The notes under the pieces: generated by a model
The model's input: the letters and a program-made list of their open reading frames with translations, nothing else
What the model was told of the DNA's origin: nothing
Databases searched by the model: none
From: Candidatus Enterousia sp.
GTDB taxonomy: Bacteria > Pseudomonadota > Alphaproteobacteria > Rs-D84
Assembly (NCBI GenBank): GCA_045648665.1
Contig: JAZROL010000019.1
Coordinates: 1 to 59,208 of the forward strand
Direction of reading: 5' to 3'
DNA: 59,208 bases
Made by a program: the position numbers and the translations under genes
Shown here: piece by piece, positions 19,585 through 30,743 of the stretch
How positions within the stretch are numbered: position 1 is the first letter of the stretch
How the letters are laid out: each line of letters begins with the position of its first letter

Positions 19585-20604
19585 TTATTTTACACCGATA
19601 AATTCGTAAATATCTTCACGCATTTTATACCATTCATTTGGCACATTATCAAACACACCCATTTTATTCATTTCTATAAATTCATTACGTGCCTCGGCGA
19701 TTTCATCTTCTGTTTTTAAATACTTCAATTTACGAAAAGCCCAATGTACAAACCACCACATAAATTGTGATTGCCATTTTTTCATTTGTTCATTATCCGC
19801 TTTTTCTTTATACAATTTATAAGAAGTTTTTATACCAGTACATAAACTTTTCATAATTCTTAATTGTTTTGCACTTAACACAATTCCGCCAAAATTAGGG
19901 ATATAATAATAAAGTGGCAACGGCACAACGGTTGTACGCGGACGCTTTAACATAATTGCAGACCACCAAGGAAAATCTTCAAACAAAATTCCTTTGATAA
20001 AAGGAGTATCTTTGATTAAAGATTTTTTATAAAGATTTTTCCAAACTTGACAATGTTTAATCAACCATTTGCGATTTGGATTTGTTTTGTTATGTGTACG
20101 TTCAGTTGCATATTCAAAAACATCATCCGTTGTTCTTGTTTTTATTTTATCAAGATTATATTTTTTCTTGATACCAAACGGGATAACATTGTCAGTATCC
20201 ATATGCAAAACATGACGCACCATTAACTGCGGACGATAAAATCTGTCATAAGAAAAAGAGACTATATCAGATTTATTTTTTTCAGCCATATTATATGCGA
20301 TTTCCATTGTTTGTGGATGAATAAAATCATCACTATCCAAAAACATTATGTATTTACCTTTTGCGTACGGCATACCATAATTTCTTGCATCGGACAACCC
20401 GCCGTTTTCTTTATGAACGACAATAAATCTTTTATCTTTTTTGGCATATTCTTCTGCGATTTCACCAGATTTGTCAGGGCTTCCATCATCAACACAAATC
20501 GCTTGCCAATTTTGAAAACTTTGATTTTCAACACTGTCTAAACAACGACGTAAATACTTTTCAACGCCCCACATTGGGATAATAATTGAAATTTTTGGTT
20601 GCAT
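19585..20604 (-). CDS. Glycosyltransferase family 2
   Basis: ISIIIP, VDDGSPD, NGGLSDARN, FLDSDD, FEDF. Confidence 0.92.
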   Translation of the reverse strand: MQPKISIIIPMWGVEKYLRRCLDSVENQSFQNWQAICVDDGSPDKSGEIAEEYAKKDKRFIVVHKENGGLSDARNYGMPYAKGKYIMFLDSDDFIHPQTMEIAYNMAEKNKSDIVSFSYDRFYRPQLMVRHVLHMDTDNVIPFGIKKKYNLDKIKTRTTDDVFEYATERTHNKTNPNRKWLIKHCQVWKNLYKKSLIKDTPFIKGILFEDFPWWSAIMLKRPRTTVVPLPLYYYIPNFGGIVLSAKQLRIMKSLCTGIKTSYKLYKEKADNEQMKKWQSQFMWWFVHWAFRKLKYLKTEDEIAEARNEFIEMNKMGVFDNVPNEWYKMREDIYEFIGVK

Positions 20605-20614
20605 GGCAATCCCC

Positions 20615-21523
20615 CTACATTTTATTTATCATAACATCCGCAAAAGAACCCGGTACCGGATTATCAGAACCGCGATATGTCGTCTTTTGAAAGAAAGAAT
20701 CTTTCGTAACATCATCAAAAACTTTTTTATCAAAAGGCTTATCCTGATATGTCCACCACAATGCATGTGTTGGATCTTGGGCAACATGTGGCATTTTATC
20801 AAAATACTTTTTTGCTTTTTCATCACCCATAACCAAAGTCTTGAATAATAATTGATGCATAAAATAATCAAAAGTATGATTTTCATGCATCCAATAATCA
20901 AGTATCATTGCGCGCCATGCCGCCAATAAATAAGCACCTTTGCGCGCACGAATAAAACAATTTTGCATAAAACTGTATGGACTGCCCCCGATATTGTAAT
21001 TATCCCCAGTTAAATAAACAAAGAAATCCTCTTTTTCAATCCAATCAGGAATTGGTGATGTCACAAAACCTGTTGAATCCAACCAATACCCACCATATTT
21101 GTAAAGTAATTCTACACGACAAATATCGGCAAAATGTGCATGCCCTATTTTTCCTTCTTTGTATTTTTTCACAATCACATCTGGCAAAGAAATATAATCA
21201 AAAATAGATTTTTCGTCCAACACAATTAATTCTTGTTTACAATGCTTACGCACACTGCGAAAACACGCCCTGACCAAAGCCGGGGCGTTATCTTCTCCTT
21301 GGAACCAAATAGTCCAAATTTTATCGTTTTTATCATCTTTAACAACAGGCATATCTTTGACATTTGAAACCGCACCTAAATAACGTCTAAAATATTTACT
21401 GACTATTTTTGCTGTTAAATCCGTTCTAATTTTTCGTCTTTCAATACGAGTTTTCCAGAAAGGATTTAATATATGTCCAAATAAAACTATTTTGAACAAA
21501 GCAAAATTTCGTGCGATTTTCAT
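20615..21523 (-). CDS. Capsular polysaccharide synthesis protein (GT32-like)
   Basis: IWTIWFQG..NAP.LV..C, HFADICRVELLYKYGGYWLDST, DYF, QKTTYR. Confidence 0.87.
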   Translation of the reverse strand: MKIARNFALFKIVLFGHILNPFWKTRIERRKIRTDLTAKIVSKYFRRYLGAVSNVKDMPVVKDDKNDKIWTIWFQGEDNAPALVRACFRSVRKHCKQELIVLDEKSIFDYISLPDVIVKKYKEGKIGHAHFADICRVELLYKYGGYWLDSTGFVTSPIPDWIEKEDFFVYLTGDNYNIGGSPYSFMQNCFIRARKGAYLLAAWRAMILDYWMHENHTFDYFMHQLLFKTLVMGDEKAKKYFDKMPHVAQDPTHALWWTYQDKPFDKKVFDDVTKDSFFQKTTYRGSDNPVPGSFADVMINKM

Positions 21524-21543
21524 TTGTTTCCTTTTGTTAAAAA

Positions 21544-22617
21544 TTATTCAGCATCTGCACCAGTATCATCATCTTCGATTGGACCAGTCGTCATTTCTTC
21601 TGCGATACCATTTGCACGCGCCATAATTTTATCAAGCAGTTCTTTTTGAGCATCTTCATGATCTTTTAACCATTGACGAGCATTTGCTTCACCTTGGCCA
21701 ATACGTTCGTTATTATAAGAATAGAAAGAACCAGCCTTTTCAATAAAATTATATTTTACACCCATATCTAAAATTTCACTGATTCTGGAAATACCTTCAC
21801 CATACATAATTTTGAAATCAACAGTACGGAAAGGTGGCGCAACTTTGTTTTTCACAACTTTTACACGCGTTTCATTTCCAATCACATTTTCTTTGTCTTT
21901 GATAGCGCCAGTTCTGCGAATATCCAAACGCACAGAAGCATAAAACTTCAATGCATTTCCACCAGATGTTGTTTCAGGGCTACCAAACATAACGCCTATT
22001 TTCATACGAATTTGATTTATGAAAATCAACAAAGTATTACTGCGCGAAACAGAACCCGCCAATTTTTTCAAAGATTGCGACATCAAACGTGCCGTTGTCC
22101 CCATGTAAGTATCGCCAATATTTCCTTCTAATTCGGCCTTTGGCACCAAGGCAGCAACAGAATCAACCACAACCACATCAACGGCGCCAGATTTGATGAG
22201 AGTATCTGCAATTTCTAAAGCCTGTTCACCAGAATCAGGTTGCGATATAATAAGATTTGCAACATCAACACCTAATTTTTTTGCATAACTTGGATCCAAC
22301 GCATTTTCAGCATCAATATATGCACATGTGCCGCCTTTCTTTTGCGCCTCTCCCACAGCATGCAAAGCCAATGTTGTTTTACCAGAACTTTCAGGACCAT
22401 AAATTTCAACAATACGTCCACGAGGATATCCACCAATACCCAAAGCAATATCCAACCCCAAAGAACCGGAAGAAATCGCCTCTATATTTTGTTGAGAACC
22501 ATCACCCATTTTCATAATGGCTTCTTTTCCAAATTGCTTTTGGATTTGTGCCAATGCAGATTCCAATGCTGGATTTTTTGCAGGTGTGTTTTCCTTAACT
22601 ACTTCTTTTTTTGCCAT
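21544..22617 (-). CDS. recA: Recombinase RecA
   Basis: [48 protein letters not shown]. Confidence 0.99.
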   Translation of the reverse strand: MAKKEVVKENTPAKNPALESALAQIQKQFGKEAIMKMGDGSQQNIEAISSGSLGLDIALGIGGYPRGRIVEIYGPESSGKTTLALHAVGEAQKKGGTCAYIDAENALDPSYAKKLGVDVANLIISQPDSGEQALEIADTLIKSGAVDVVVVDSVAALVPKAELEGNIGDTYMGTTARLMSQSLKKLAGSVSRSNTLLIFINQIRMKIGVMFGSPETTSGGNALKFYASVRLDIRRTGAIKDKENVIGNETRVKVVKNKVAPPFRTVDFKIMYGEGISRISEILDMGVKYNFIEKAGSFYSYNNERIGQGEANARQWLKDHEDAQKELLDKIMARANGIAEEMTTGPIEDDDTGADAE

Positions 22618-22679
22618 AAAATACCCCTTTTATTTGTATCCAAATCATACAAAGAAAAAAGGCCTAACGCAAGGTGTAT

Positions 22680-23924
22680 TTATTGTCTTCTTGACCATAA
22701 TACAATTGTTGACAAAACAGCCATTGTTGCGGTTATCAACCATACAGCAGAAGTAGAACCAAATATAGTTATACACAACATACCCAACAAAGGCGCAAAA
22801 ACTTTTGGGAAATTCACACTTGTTCTAAAAACCCCATAAAACCTTGCTTGTTCGGTCTTTGGCATATCATTAAAGAATAATAAATCGTGACACGCTTCCA
22901 TAAAGGCACCGGATATTTGCCACAATACAAACAGCACCAACAGTGTATATCCACTGGCAAATGTAGCAATCAAGGAAAACGCGCCGAACGATAAAAATCC
23001 CAAAGTCAACCATAACTTAACACCATACTTTTTCATCAGTTTTCCCATAAACACGTCTAATATTATATACGGCAAAATACCGATAGATAAAACAATCCCC
23101 AATGTTTCATTTGAAAAACCATTTTCCACAACAATAATCGGCACATAAAGCAAACGCATAGAACTTAACGCATAAAAACCAAAGTTAACAATATACGCAC
23201 GCAACATACCTGGTTTTTTAAAAAACGCTTTTGCACTTATACGCAAAGCCCGTATTGTCCTATGAAAATTTACATGTTTTATTACTTTATCTTCTTGAAC
23301 TATTCTAAAATGTTTAAAGAACAAAAGCCCAGATATATATATCATACCTGCCGCTAACAAAGGCATTCTGTAATTTCCATCAAATAAACCGACAACCCAC
23401 ATAGCGAACATTGGTGCAACAAACGCACCAATATTAACCCATAACAGATATCTCGCATTTAATTTTTCCATACCAATACCATGCGAAAAATCCGACATAA
23501 AAAGTGGCAATAATATCCCCAACATTGTTGATGCACAACAAACAACATAGTCAAGCATAACAAATGTTGACGGTTTTATAGACAAACTCATCATACAATA
23601 ACATGCACCCAATGTAGCCATTGTTATATAAAGTAATTTTGTTTTGGTAAACCAATGTAGAATTTGTGCCGAAAACAAACCAACAACAACCGCGAACAAC
23701 GCATAAATAGCGGCATACATACCAACCGCAGCAGATGCTATTTCTTCATTAAAAAATAATTTAAAAATACCCAATAAAACCAATGAATATACTGCATGCA
23801 CAATGCCACTTGCAAAACCAGTGAACAACCCCAGATTTGCAAAAGAAAATCCGGTGACGTTTTTATTTATTGAAAGGTATTTTTCTCTCCTCAACTTTTG
23901 TCCCTGTGTTCGCAAATATAGCAC
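22680..23924 (-). CDS. MFS transporter
   Basis: About 12 hydrophobic helices in two halves. GKLMKKYG loop resembles MFS motif A. Confidence 0.8.
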   Translation of the reverse strand: MLYLRTQGQKLRREKYLSINKNVTGFSFANLGLFTGFASGIVHAVYSLVLLGIFKLFFNEEIASAAVGMYAAIYALFAVVVGLFSAQILHWFTKTKLLYITMATLGACYCMMSLSIKPSTFVMLDYVVCCASTMLGILLPLFMSDFSHGIGMEKLNARYLLWVNIGAFVAPMFAMWVVGLFDGNYRMPLLAAGMIYISGLLFFKHFRIVQEDKVIKHVNFHRTIRALRISAKAFFKKPGMLRAYIVNFGFYALSSMRLLYVPIIVVENGFSNETLGIVLSIGILPYIILDVFMGKLMKKYGVKLWLTLGFLSFGAFSLIATFASGYTLLVLFVLWQISGAFMEACHDLLFFNDMPKTEQARFYGVFRTSVNFPKVFAPLLGMLCITIFGSTSAVWLITATMAVLSTIVLWSRRQ

Positions 23925-23951
23925 ATAAAAAAATTTTAATAAACTGCTTTT

Positions 23952-24434
23952 TTATTCCATTACAAAATGTGAAGTATTCGCATGTGTTAAAGCAATCGCA
24001 ATTGCATCACTTTCATCTGGGCTTTTTGGATGTGCATCCGGTAATAAAATAGAAAGCATTTTATAAATCTGGTCTTTTTCGGCATGCCCAATACCAGTTA
24101 ATGCTTTTTTTATTTTATTTGCTTCATATTCAAATACAGGTATATTTTTCACCGCAACCGCAGTAATTGCCGCCGCACGCGCATGCCCCAACAACAATGT
24201 TGTTTTTCCATTTTTATTAACAAAAATTATTTCTATACTGCATTCGGTTGGATTAAAAGTTTCACACAATTCACTGACATTATTAAATATGAATGCCAAC
24301 CTTTCCGGCAAAGATGCCTTGGTCGGTGGTAAAATCACACCACTTGCGACATATTTACGTGTCGAACCCGCAACATCTATAATCGACCAACCTGTATGTA
24401 AAAGCCCGGGATCAATTCCCAAAATTCTTTTCAT
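23952..24434 (-). CDS. ruvC: Holliday junction resolvase RuvC
   Basis: ILGIDPGL..TGW, LLGHAR, IKKALTG.G.A.K, DESDAIAIA. Confidence 0.95.
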   Translation of the reverse strand: MKRILGIDPGLLHTGWSIIDVAGSTRKYVASGVILPPTKASLPERLAFIFNNVSELCETFNPTECSIEIIFVNKNGKTTLLLGHARAAAITAVAVKNIPVFEYEANKIKKALTGIGHAEKDQIYKMLSILLPDAHPKSPDESDAIAIALTHANTSHFVME

Positions 24435-24766
24435 TACTTTTTCCTGATTGTTATTTTTGCAACGGCTGTGCGCCCATAATATTTATTTATTTTTTCCGCA
24501 CACTCATTAACTTTATAAGATAATTCCAGTGCAAACGCAGGCGATACAGGACGCAATACAATATTAAATTTTTTATCACGTGTATTTTTGACAGCAACCA
24601 CCATGGAAACATCAGCAATTTCATCGCCGACAATATCACGCCAATTATTCGCTAAATCTGTATCAGATGCACGCACACCAAAAGAATCCAACAAACTGCC
24701 CAATGACGCAGCCAAAGTTTGTGGACGCGATTTTCTTGTTTCTATTTTTTTATCTTGGTTTGACAT
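24434..24766 (-). CDS. DciA/DUF721 family protein
   Basis: LANNWRDIVGDEIA, ALEL...KINKYYG..AV.KI. Likely start ATG 24766. Confidence 0.75.
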   Translation of the reverse strand: MSNQDKKIETRKSRPQTLAASLGSLLDSFGVRASDTDLANNWRDIVGDEIADVSMVVAVKNTRDKKFNIVLRPVSPAFALELSYKVNECAEKINKYYGRTAVAKITIRKK

Positions 24767-25838
24767 AAGTGTACTCTTTTGGCATAAGTATAAACATTTG
24801 ACCTTGGGCATGTTGACCGTGTGCTACCTGATAGGCTTCATCACCCGAACCAAAGAATATATCCGCACGTATCCAACCTTTGATTGCACCACCCGTATCC
24901 TGTGCAATCATTAAACGATTAAAAGAACGTCCATTTGATAAATTAGTATTTATATACACAGGCAGACCCAACGTATATAAACTGTCGTCCATGGCAATAC
25001 TTCGAATCTTTGACAAAGGTGTTCCTAATTTTCCAATCACGCTTTTTTGGTCGGTTTCATAAAAATAAACATATCGCGGATTGTTATATATCACTTCTTT
25101 AGCCAAACTTGGATTTTGTTTCAAATGCGACCAAACGGCATCCGCACTATATCCACCTGATGGTTTGATACCTTTGTCTTTTAACTGGGTCCCTATTGAT
25201 TTAAAAGGCATGTCGTTAACGGCAGCAAAATTCAGTTTCACCATTGAGCCATCTTCTAATTTCAACATGCCACTGCCTTGAATTTGCAGATTCTGTACAT
25301 CGACCATATTTGCCCAGTATAAAACACGACCTATTTTTTGATTCACAATATCGCGCTTTGAAACACCTTTGTAATTTCGCCCATCAATAGGCACACCCAT
25401 TATCGGCTCATTACATTTTGCAGTTTTATTTCTACAACCATCTATGACCGGCGAATAATACCCGGTATAGGTTCCTGTTTTACCACCTTTTTCATTATAA
25501 ACCTGATATGGTTGAAAATGTGATTCGAACCACGCACGCACAGTCGCTACATCAGCCGAAGCACTTGGTAACATATTGCACTTTTCACGTAATAATTCCG
25601 GGTCTGGAATAACAGAACCTTTGTATTGTATCTTTGCTTTACACGTATTACGAAACGCCTGTAACGCATACCGAACATCATCATTATTCCAACCTGGCAA
25701 CGCAGAATAAGACACCGCCCGCAAATTAGATGGCACCTTGGAATCGTCCCCTACGTGGGTTGGGCTTGATAAATCACAACCTGCAATGGCCATAACCAGT
25801 GTCAACAAACCAAAGGTTTTTACAAATTTATTAAACAT
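24750..25838 (-). CDS. mltA: Membrane-bound lytic murein transglycosylase A
   Basis: Lipobox IAGC, TGYYSP, LQIQGSG, NPRYVYF, AQDTGGAIKG..RADIFFG.G. Confidence 0.93.
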   Translation of the reverse strand: MFNKFVKTFGLLTLVMAIAGCDLSSPTHVGDDSKVPSNLRAVSYSALPGWNNDDVRYALQAFRNTCKAKIQYKGSVIPDPELLREKCNMLPSASADVATVRAWFESHFQPYQVYNEKGGKTGTYTGYYSPVIDGCRNKTAKCNEPIMGVPIDGRNYKGVSKRDIVNQKIGRVLYWANMVDVQNLQIQGSGMLKLEDGSMVKLNFAAVNDMPFKSIGTQLKDKGIKPSGGYSADAVWSHLKQNPSLAKEVIYNNPRYVYFYETDQKSVIGKLGTPLSKIRSIAMDDSLYTLGLPVYINTNLSNGRSFNRLMIAQDTGGAIKGWIRADIFFGSGDEAYQVAHGQHAQGQMFILMPKEYTYVKPR

Positions 25839-25919
25839 TTTATAACTCCCCCACTTGTAAAACTAATTTCTTAATGCTATATTATCATAAAACGATGGAT
25901 AAAAAAAGGAGCAATCGCA

Positions 25920-26372
25920 ATGCCAAAGTTTAATCTTATATCTCAATTTTTAAAAGACATATCATTTGAAAGCCCAAATGTACCTGAATTATTCTTTAAA
26001 CAGGACAACAGTCAGGCCAAACTTGAAATTAACATCGATATAAATGTAAAAGTCGCAGAAAACAATTTGTATATGGTTGATTTGATTACCAAAGTTCATT
26101 CAAAAATCGAAAAAGACAACAAAACGGTATTTTTAATTGAATCTACATATTCCGGACTTGTTCAAAGTGAAGAAAAAGATGATGAAACCAAAAAGAAAAT
26201 GTTCTTTATTGATGTTCCAACATTGTTATTCCCTGCGGTTCGTGCAATGGTGACACGCTTAACCGCGGAATCAGGATTTGCAGCATTCACAATGCAACCG
26301 GTTGATTTTACTGCACTGTATGAACAAAGACAAAACGCAGCAAAAGAAACAACAAAACCTGCAAATCAGTAA
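25920..26372 (+). CDS. secB: Protein-export chaperone SecB
   Basis: QFLKDISFESPNVP, VPTLLFP..R, GF...MQPVDF.ALY. Confidence 0.92.
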   Translation: MPKFNLISQFLKDISFESPNVPELFFKQDNSQAKLEINIDINVKVAENNLYMVDLITKVHSKIEKDNKTVFLIESTYSGLVQSEEKDDETKKKMFFIDVPTLLFPAVRAMVTRLTAESGFAAFTMQPVDFTALYEQRQNAAKETTKPANQ

Positions 26373-26387
26373 AAATAAAATTGTTAT

Positions 26388-26416
26388 AAAAAACACCGGC
26401 AAACGCCGGTGTTTTT
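26388..26416. terminator. Bidirectional terminator, repeat-family copy 1
   Basis: AAAAAACACCGGC-AAAC-GCCGGTGTTTTT. Confidence 0.85.
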
Positions 26417-26440
26417 CTTTATAAATAAATTTGATGCCGA

Positions 26441-27157
26441 TTAAGCTGCCGCTGTAAACACCTTTTGAACGTCGTCATTGTCGTCCAACGCATCAACCAA
26501 TTTTTCAACTTTGGCATATGCTTCGTCATCTAAATCAACCGGCATATTTGGAATCCATGTTAATTCTGCGTTTTCTGGTTCACCCAATTTATCAGCCAAC
26601 GCTTTTTGAATATTCATAAAATTATCTGGTTTAGTTGTGATAATGAAACCTTCTTCACTGGTTTCCAGATTATCCGCATCAACTTCCATAACCAATTCCA
26701 TCATTTCGTCTTCTGTTTTACCAATGGATGCAGGATACATAATTTGCCCCACATGTGAAAACATGAAAACCACAGAACCTTCTTCGCCCATATTTCCACC
26801 GTTCTTAGCAAAAATATTACGAATTTCAGGTACAGTACGACGTGGATTATCGGTCAAGGCCTCAACAATCACAGGAACCGCATTTGGTCCATATCCTTCA
26901 TAACGTACCGCCACGAAATTATCAGTATTGCTGCCCGATGCCTTTTCAATTGCACGTTTGATATTATCATTAGGCATAGAATTTTTACGTGCCTGTAAAA
27001 TTGCCAAACGCAATCTTGGGTTATTATCTGGATTTTTATCACCCAATTTTGCCGCCATAGTTATTTCACGCGCCAGTTTTGTAAACAAACCGCTGCGTGC
27101 CGCATCAACCAATCCTTTTTTGTGTTGGATGTTGTGCCATTTACTGTGTCCACTCAT
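26441..27157 (-). CDS. YebC/PmpR family protein
   Basis: MSGHSKWHNI, NPRLR, YEGYGP, LTDNPRRT, DDVQKV. Confidence 0.95.
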   Translation of the reverse strand: MSGHSKWHNIQHKKGLVDAARSGLFTKLAREITMAAKLGDKNPDNNPRLRLAILQARKNSMPNDNIKRAIEKASGSNTDNFVAVRYEGYGPNAVPVIVEALTDNPRRTVPEIRNIFAKNGGNMGEEGSVVFMFSHVGQIMYPASIGKTEDEMMELVMEVDADNLETSEEGFIITTKPDNFMNIQKALADKLGEPENAELTWIPNMPVDLDDEAYAKVEKLVDALDDNDDVQKVFTAAA

Positions 27158-27207
27158 ATTTGACCTTTTGATTTTATTATATTAAAATTACACCAAAAGG
27201 ATAACAA

Positions 27208-27780
27208 ATGATTGGAAAATTGCAAGGCGTAATTGATTATATAGGGCCTGACTATGTAATTTTAATGGTTGGCGGGGTTGGATATAAAGTTTATACCCCG
27301 GAAATATTGACTTTGAAAGCATCGTCAACGCTTTGGATTGAAACGATTGTTCGCGAAGATTCCATAAGATTATTCGGGTTTTCAACCATCGCTGGACAAA
27401 ACCTGTTTAACCAATTAACAACCGTATCTGGTGTTGGGCCAAAGGTTGCATTGGCGATAATGGGCACTATCAAAATCGACACTTTGATGACCGCAATCGC
27501 AACCGGGGACGCAAAAACAATCGCGACAGCACCGGGGGTTGGTAAAAAAGTGGCCGAAAAAATCATTGTTGAATTAAAGAACAAAATGGGCGGTGGCAGT
27601 TTTGATTTTGGAAATGACGCAACATCTGGCGCCCTGCCCGATTTGTTGGCGGCATTGGAATCTTTGGGTTATCGCCGTATGGATATTATTGATATGGCAC
27701 AAAAATTGGTATCTAATAATCCAGGTGCAGACGTTGCGAAATTGGTTCCAATGGCATTAAAAGAAATAAGCGGGAAATAA
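27208..27780 (+). CDS. ruvA: Holliday junction branch migration protein RuvA
   Basis: GGVGY.V, VREDSIRLFGF, VSGVGPKVAL, PGVGKKVAEKIIVELK, ALESLGY. Confidence 0.95.
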   Translation: MIGKLQGVIDYIGPDYVILMVGGVGYKVYTPEILTLKASSTLWIETIVREDSIRLFGFSTIAGQNLFNQLTTVSGVGPKVALAIMGTIKIDTLMTAIATGDAKTIATAPGVGKKVAEKIIVELKNKMGGGSFDFGNDATSGALPDLLAALESLGYRRMDIIDMAQKLVSNNPGADVAKLVPMALKEISGK

Positions 27781-27782
27781 TA

Positions 27783-29096
27783 ATGGAAAATAACGACACT
27801 ATTTTCGCTTTGTCATCTGCACCTGGAAAATCAGGGGTTGCGGTTATACGTGTATCTGGGAATGATTTGTCTGGCCTTTTTGACCGTATTCTAACAAATA
27901 AATACAAGTCCTGCGGCGGTGGTTTTGCACAACGTCATGCCTATTTTACGAATTTCAAAGATGATAATGGTGATTTAATTGACCAATGTATTGCAATATA
28001 TTTTGCTGCACCAAATTCTTTCACTGGTGAAGATATTATTGAAATTCATTCTCATGGCGCAATGGCGGTTATAAATAAAATCTTTGATTTCCTGCGCGAA
28101 CATAATTGCAGAATCGCAACACGTGGTGAATTTTCACGACGCGCTTTTTATAACAACAAAATGGATTTAACTGATGTTGATGGCCTAATCGCCCTGCTTG
28201 ATGCACAAACTGATAAACAGCGTCAATCTGCATTAAAATCATTAACAGGCAACGATTCAAAAACTTATACAGATTGGCGCGAACAAATGATTGAAATATC
28301 GGCCTATGCGGCGGCAATCCTGGATTATGACAGTGATGATTTACCGGCAGATATCGATAAGAAAATCATCAAACAAACAGAATCTTTATTAAATGAATTA
28401 AAAGAAAACTTAAACGGATACCATGCATCGCGCGCAATAAGAAACGGTTTTAATATTGCCTTGATTGGCGAAACAAATGTTGGTAAATCATCAATATTTA
28501 ATAAACTGGTTGGTTCTAATCGCGCGATTGTTTCAGATATAGCCGGCACAACACGTGATGTAGTATCACAACAAATTGATATTGATGGATATCTGGTAAA
28601 TCTGGCGGATACTGCCGGCATACGTGAAGCAACTGATGAAATTGAAAAGATTGGTATTGCACGAACTCACGAAGAAATCAAAAATGCAGATTTAATTATT
28701 CATGTATATAATAAAATGCCTGAAAAATTTTCTGGCGATGAAATAACGGTTATAAATAAATCAGATTTATTAAGTGACACATCCAACAAATCTGTTATTT
28801 ACACATCTGTGATAAACGACAGTGGTTTTGATAAATTGTTAAACACAATAAAAAATAAAATGCACGAATTGATGGGTGGCACCGAATCAAAAATCGCGAT
28901 AAACGAACGCACATACGAATTATTAAACGAAACAATTTTTGAATTGGATAACGCAATCAATAAATACGATGGAAATTATGATATATTTGCCGAACACGTT
29001 CGTCGTGGGGCTGACGCAATTGGCAAAATATTGGGCACAATAACAACCGCTGAAATTGCCGATGCAACATTTTCACGTCTATGTTTGGGAAAATAA
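27783..29096 (+). CDS. mnmE: tRNA modification GTPase MnmE
   Basis: DTIFALSS..G.SGVAVIRVSG, SFTGED, NVGKSS, GTTRD, DTAGIR, C-terminal CLGK. Confidence 0.96.
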   Translation: MENNDTIFALSSAPGKSGVAVIRVSGNDLSGLFDRILTNKYKSCGGGFAQRHAYFTNFKDDNGDLIDQCIAIYFAAPNSFTGEDIIEIHSHGAMAVINKIFDFLREHNCRIATRGEFSRRAFYNNKMDLTDVDGLIALLDAQTDKQRQSALKSLTGNDSKTYTDWREQMIEISAYAAAILDYDSDDLPADIDKKIIKQTESLLNELKENLNGYHASRAIRNGFNIALIGETNVGKSSIFNKLVGSNRAIVSDIAGTTRDVVSQQIDIDGYLVNLADTAGIREATDEIEKIGIARTHEEIKNADLIIHVYNKMPEKFSGDEITVINKSDLLSDTSNKSVIYTSVINDSGFDKLLNTIKNKMHELMGGTESKIAINERTYELLNETIFELDNAINKYDGNYDIFAEHVRRGADAIGKILGTITTAEIADATFSRLCLGK

Positions 29097-29100
29097 AAAC

Positions 29101-29131
29101 AAAAAAACACCGGCAAATGCCGGTGTTTTTT
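29101..29131. terminator. Bidirectional terminator, repeat-family copy 2
   Basis: AAAAAAACACCGGC-AAAT-GCCGGTGTTTTTT. Confidence 0.85.
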
Positions 29132-30710
29132 ATTCTTTTCTGTCTGGGTATTTACCATCAATCAAATTCTTGCGAACAAGATGATGTTTCACCTTTTGTG
29201 TACTGGTCATTGGCAAATCTTCCGTGGTCATCGCAAAATGTGTCACCCATTTATAAGATGCAACCTTTTTGTTTTGTTCGGCAATTTCTTTCGCCAACTT
29301 ATCTATAGTCATATCTTTTTCAACACTGAACACACCATAGGCGACTGTTTTATCACCAACCTTGTGTTCAAACACGGCGACATTTTTTACACCAGGGATT
29401 TCTATGAATAATCCTTCCAATTCGTCAGGATAAACATTTTTACCACTATCCAAAACAATCACTTGTTTTTTACGTCCGGCAAAATGTAATTCACCATTTT
29501 TATCCATATACATCATATCGCCAGTGTTAAACCAACCATCTTGGTCAAAAACTTCGGCATTAACTTCATCATTATTCAAATAACCATTAAAGACCTGGTG
29601 TCCACGCAACCATAACACACCGACACCGTTTTCATCTTTATCACGAATTTCGCATTCGTTATTTGAAGTTGGCGCACCGACAGAGTATGCAAATCTTTTA
29701 TTTGTCGGTTTAGAGATACAAATAGGTCCAACAGTTTCAGTTAAACCGTATCCCTGGATAAACGCCAACCCCAAAGATTCATAGAAATTTTCAACCTCTG
29801 GTTTTGTCGCGGCACCACCAGCAATTAACAATTTAGCGCGGCCACCAAACACCGCCAACAAAGGTTCTTGCACTTTACGAACAAAGAAATCCAACCCCAT
29901 ATCTTTCAAAGTTTTTTGATTTCTTAAAATAAAAGAAGCAACACGCCATTTATTTTGCTCTTTCATTGTTGTAACAATTTTATTACGGAACAATTCCCAA
30001 ACGCGTGGAACGGCGGGTATAACATGTGGTTGGAATTTTTTGAAATCGTCCAAAATGTATTTTGGATTAACTGTTGGTTGCAAAACCAATGAGGCACCAT
30101 AATGGACAGTTGCCAAAATACCAATTGCAAAACCAAATATATGGTAAAGAGGCAAAAACCCATACATTACATCACCAGAATGGAAATATTCAGACATATC
30201 TTCCAAAGAATTTGCGCATTCTGTCAAATTAAAATGTGTTAAGGGAACGACCTTTGGCGTTCCTGTTGAGCCAGATGTAAACGACAAAGTCGCAACATCT
30301 GTTGATTCAGACGGATAAGGTCTTAAATCATAATCTATATCACCATCTTTTTTGGTTATATCATAAAATTTAAATTTATCTGTTTTATAAAAGAACGAAG
30401 GTTCTGCACAAACAAATTTACAATTCACGATTTCACACATCTTATCATATTCCAATGGTGTCAAATTTGTATCCAACATCAAAGCAGTTGCACCCAAATA
30501 CCATATAGCAAACAAAGTCAACGGAAATTGTGGCAAATTGTGTGATAAAACACCAACAACATCACCATGTTTAATACCTTCTTTGTTCAATGTTGCCGCA
30601 CGCGCACGCACTTGTTCTATGAATTGTGAATACGTCACATTTTCACGAACCAAAAACAGATTTTCTGGCCATTGGTTTACAGCGTTTTCTAATTTTTGAT
30701 ACATATTCAT
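29130..30710 (-). CDS. AMP-binding long-chain acyl-CoA ligase-like protein (paralog 3)
   Basis: FTSGSTGTPK, QGYGLTE, GWFNTGD, GRKK, TSTQKVK. Confidence 0.9.
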   Translation of the reverse strand: MNMYQKLENAVNQWPENLFLVRENVTYSQFIEQVRARAATLNKEGIKHGDVVGVLSHNLPQFPLTLFAIWYLGATALMLDTNLTPLEYDKMCEIVNCKFVCAEPSFFYKTDKFKFYDITKKDGDIDYDLRPYPSESTDVATLSFTSGSTGTPKVVPLTHFNLTECANSLEDMSEYFHSGDVMYGFLPLYHIFGFAIGILATVHYGASLVLQPTVNPKYILDDFKKFQPHVIPAVPRVWELFRNKIVTTMKEQNKWRVASFILRNQKTLKDMGLDFFVRKVQEPLLAVFGGRAKLLIAGGAATKPEVENFYESLGLAFIQGYGLTETVGPICISKPTNKRFAYSVGAPTSNNECEIRDKDENGVGVLWLRGHQVFNGYLNNDEVNAEVFDQDGWFNTGDMMYMDKNGELHFAGRKKQVIVLDSGKNVYPDELEGLFIEIPGVKNVAVFEHKVGDKTVAYGVFSVEKDMTIDKLAKEIAEQNKKVASYKWVTHFAMTTEDLPMTSTQKVKHHLVRKNLIDGKYPDRKE

Positions 30711-30743
30711 TTTATACCTACCTTCATATCTTTCATTTTTATT

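Noticed and set aside
22618-22680. Alphaproteobacterial LexA box (GTTC-N7-GTTC) upstream of recA or uvrB
   Set aside because: No such direct repeat is visible upstream of either gene.
23952-27780. Loss of ruvB (and of addA, ftsZ near their usual partners)
   Set aside because: Absence from this window says nothing about the genome. Gene order here is generally scrambled.
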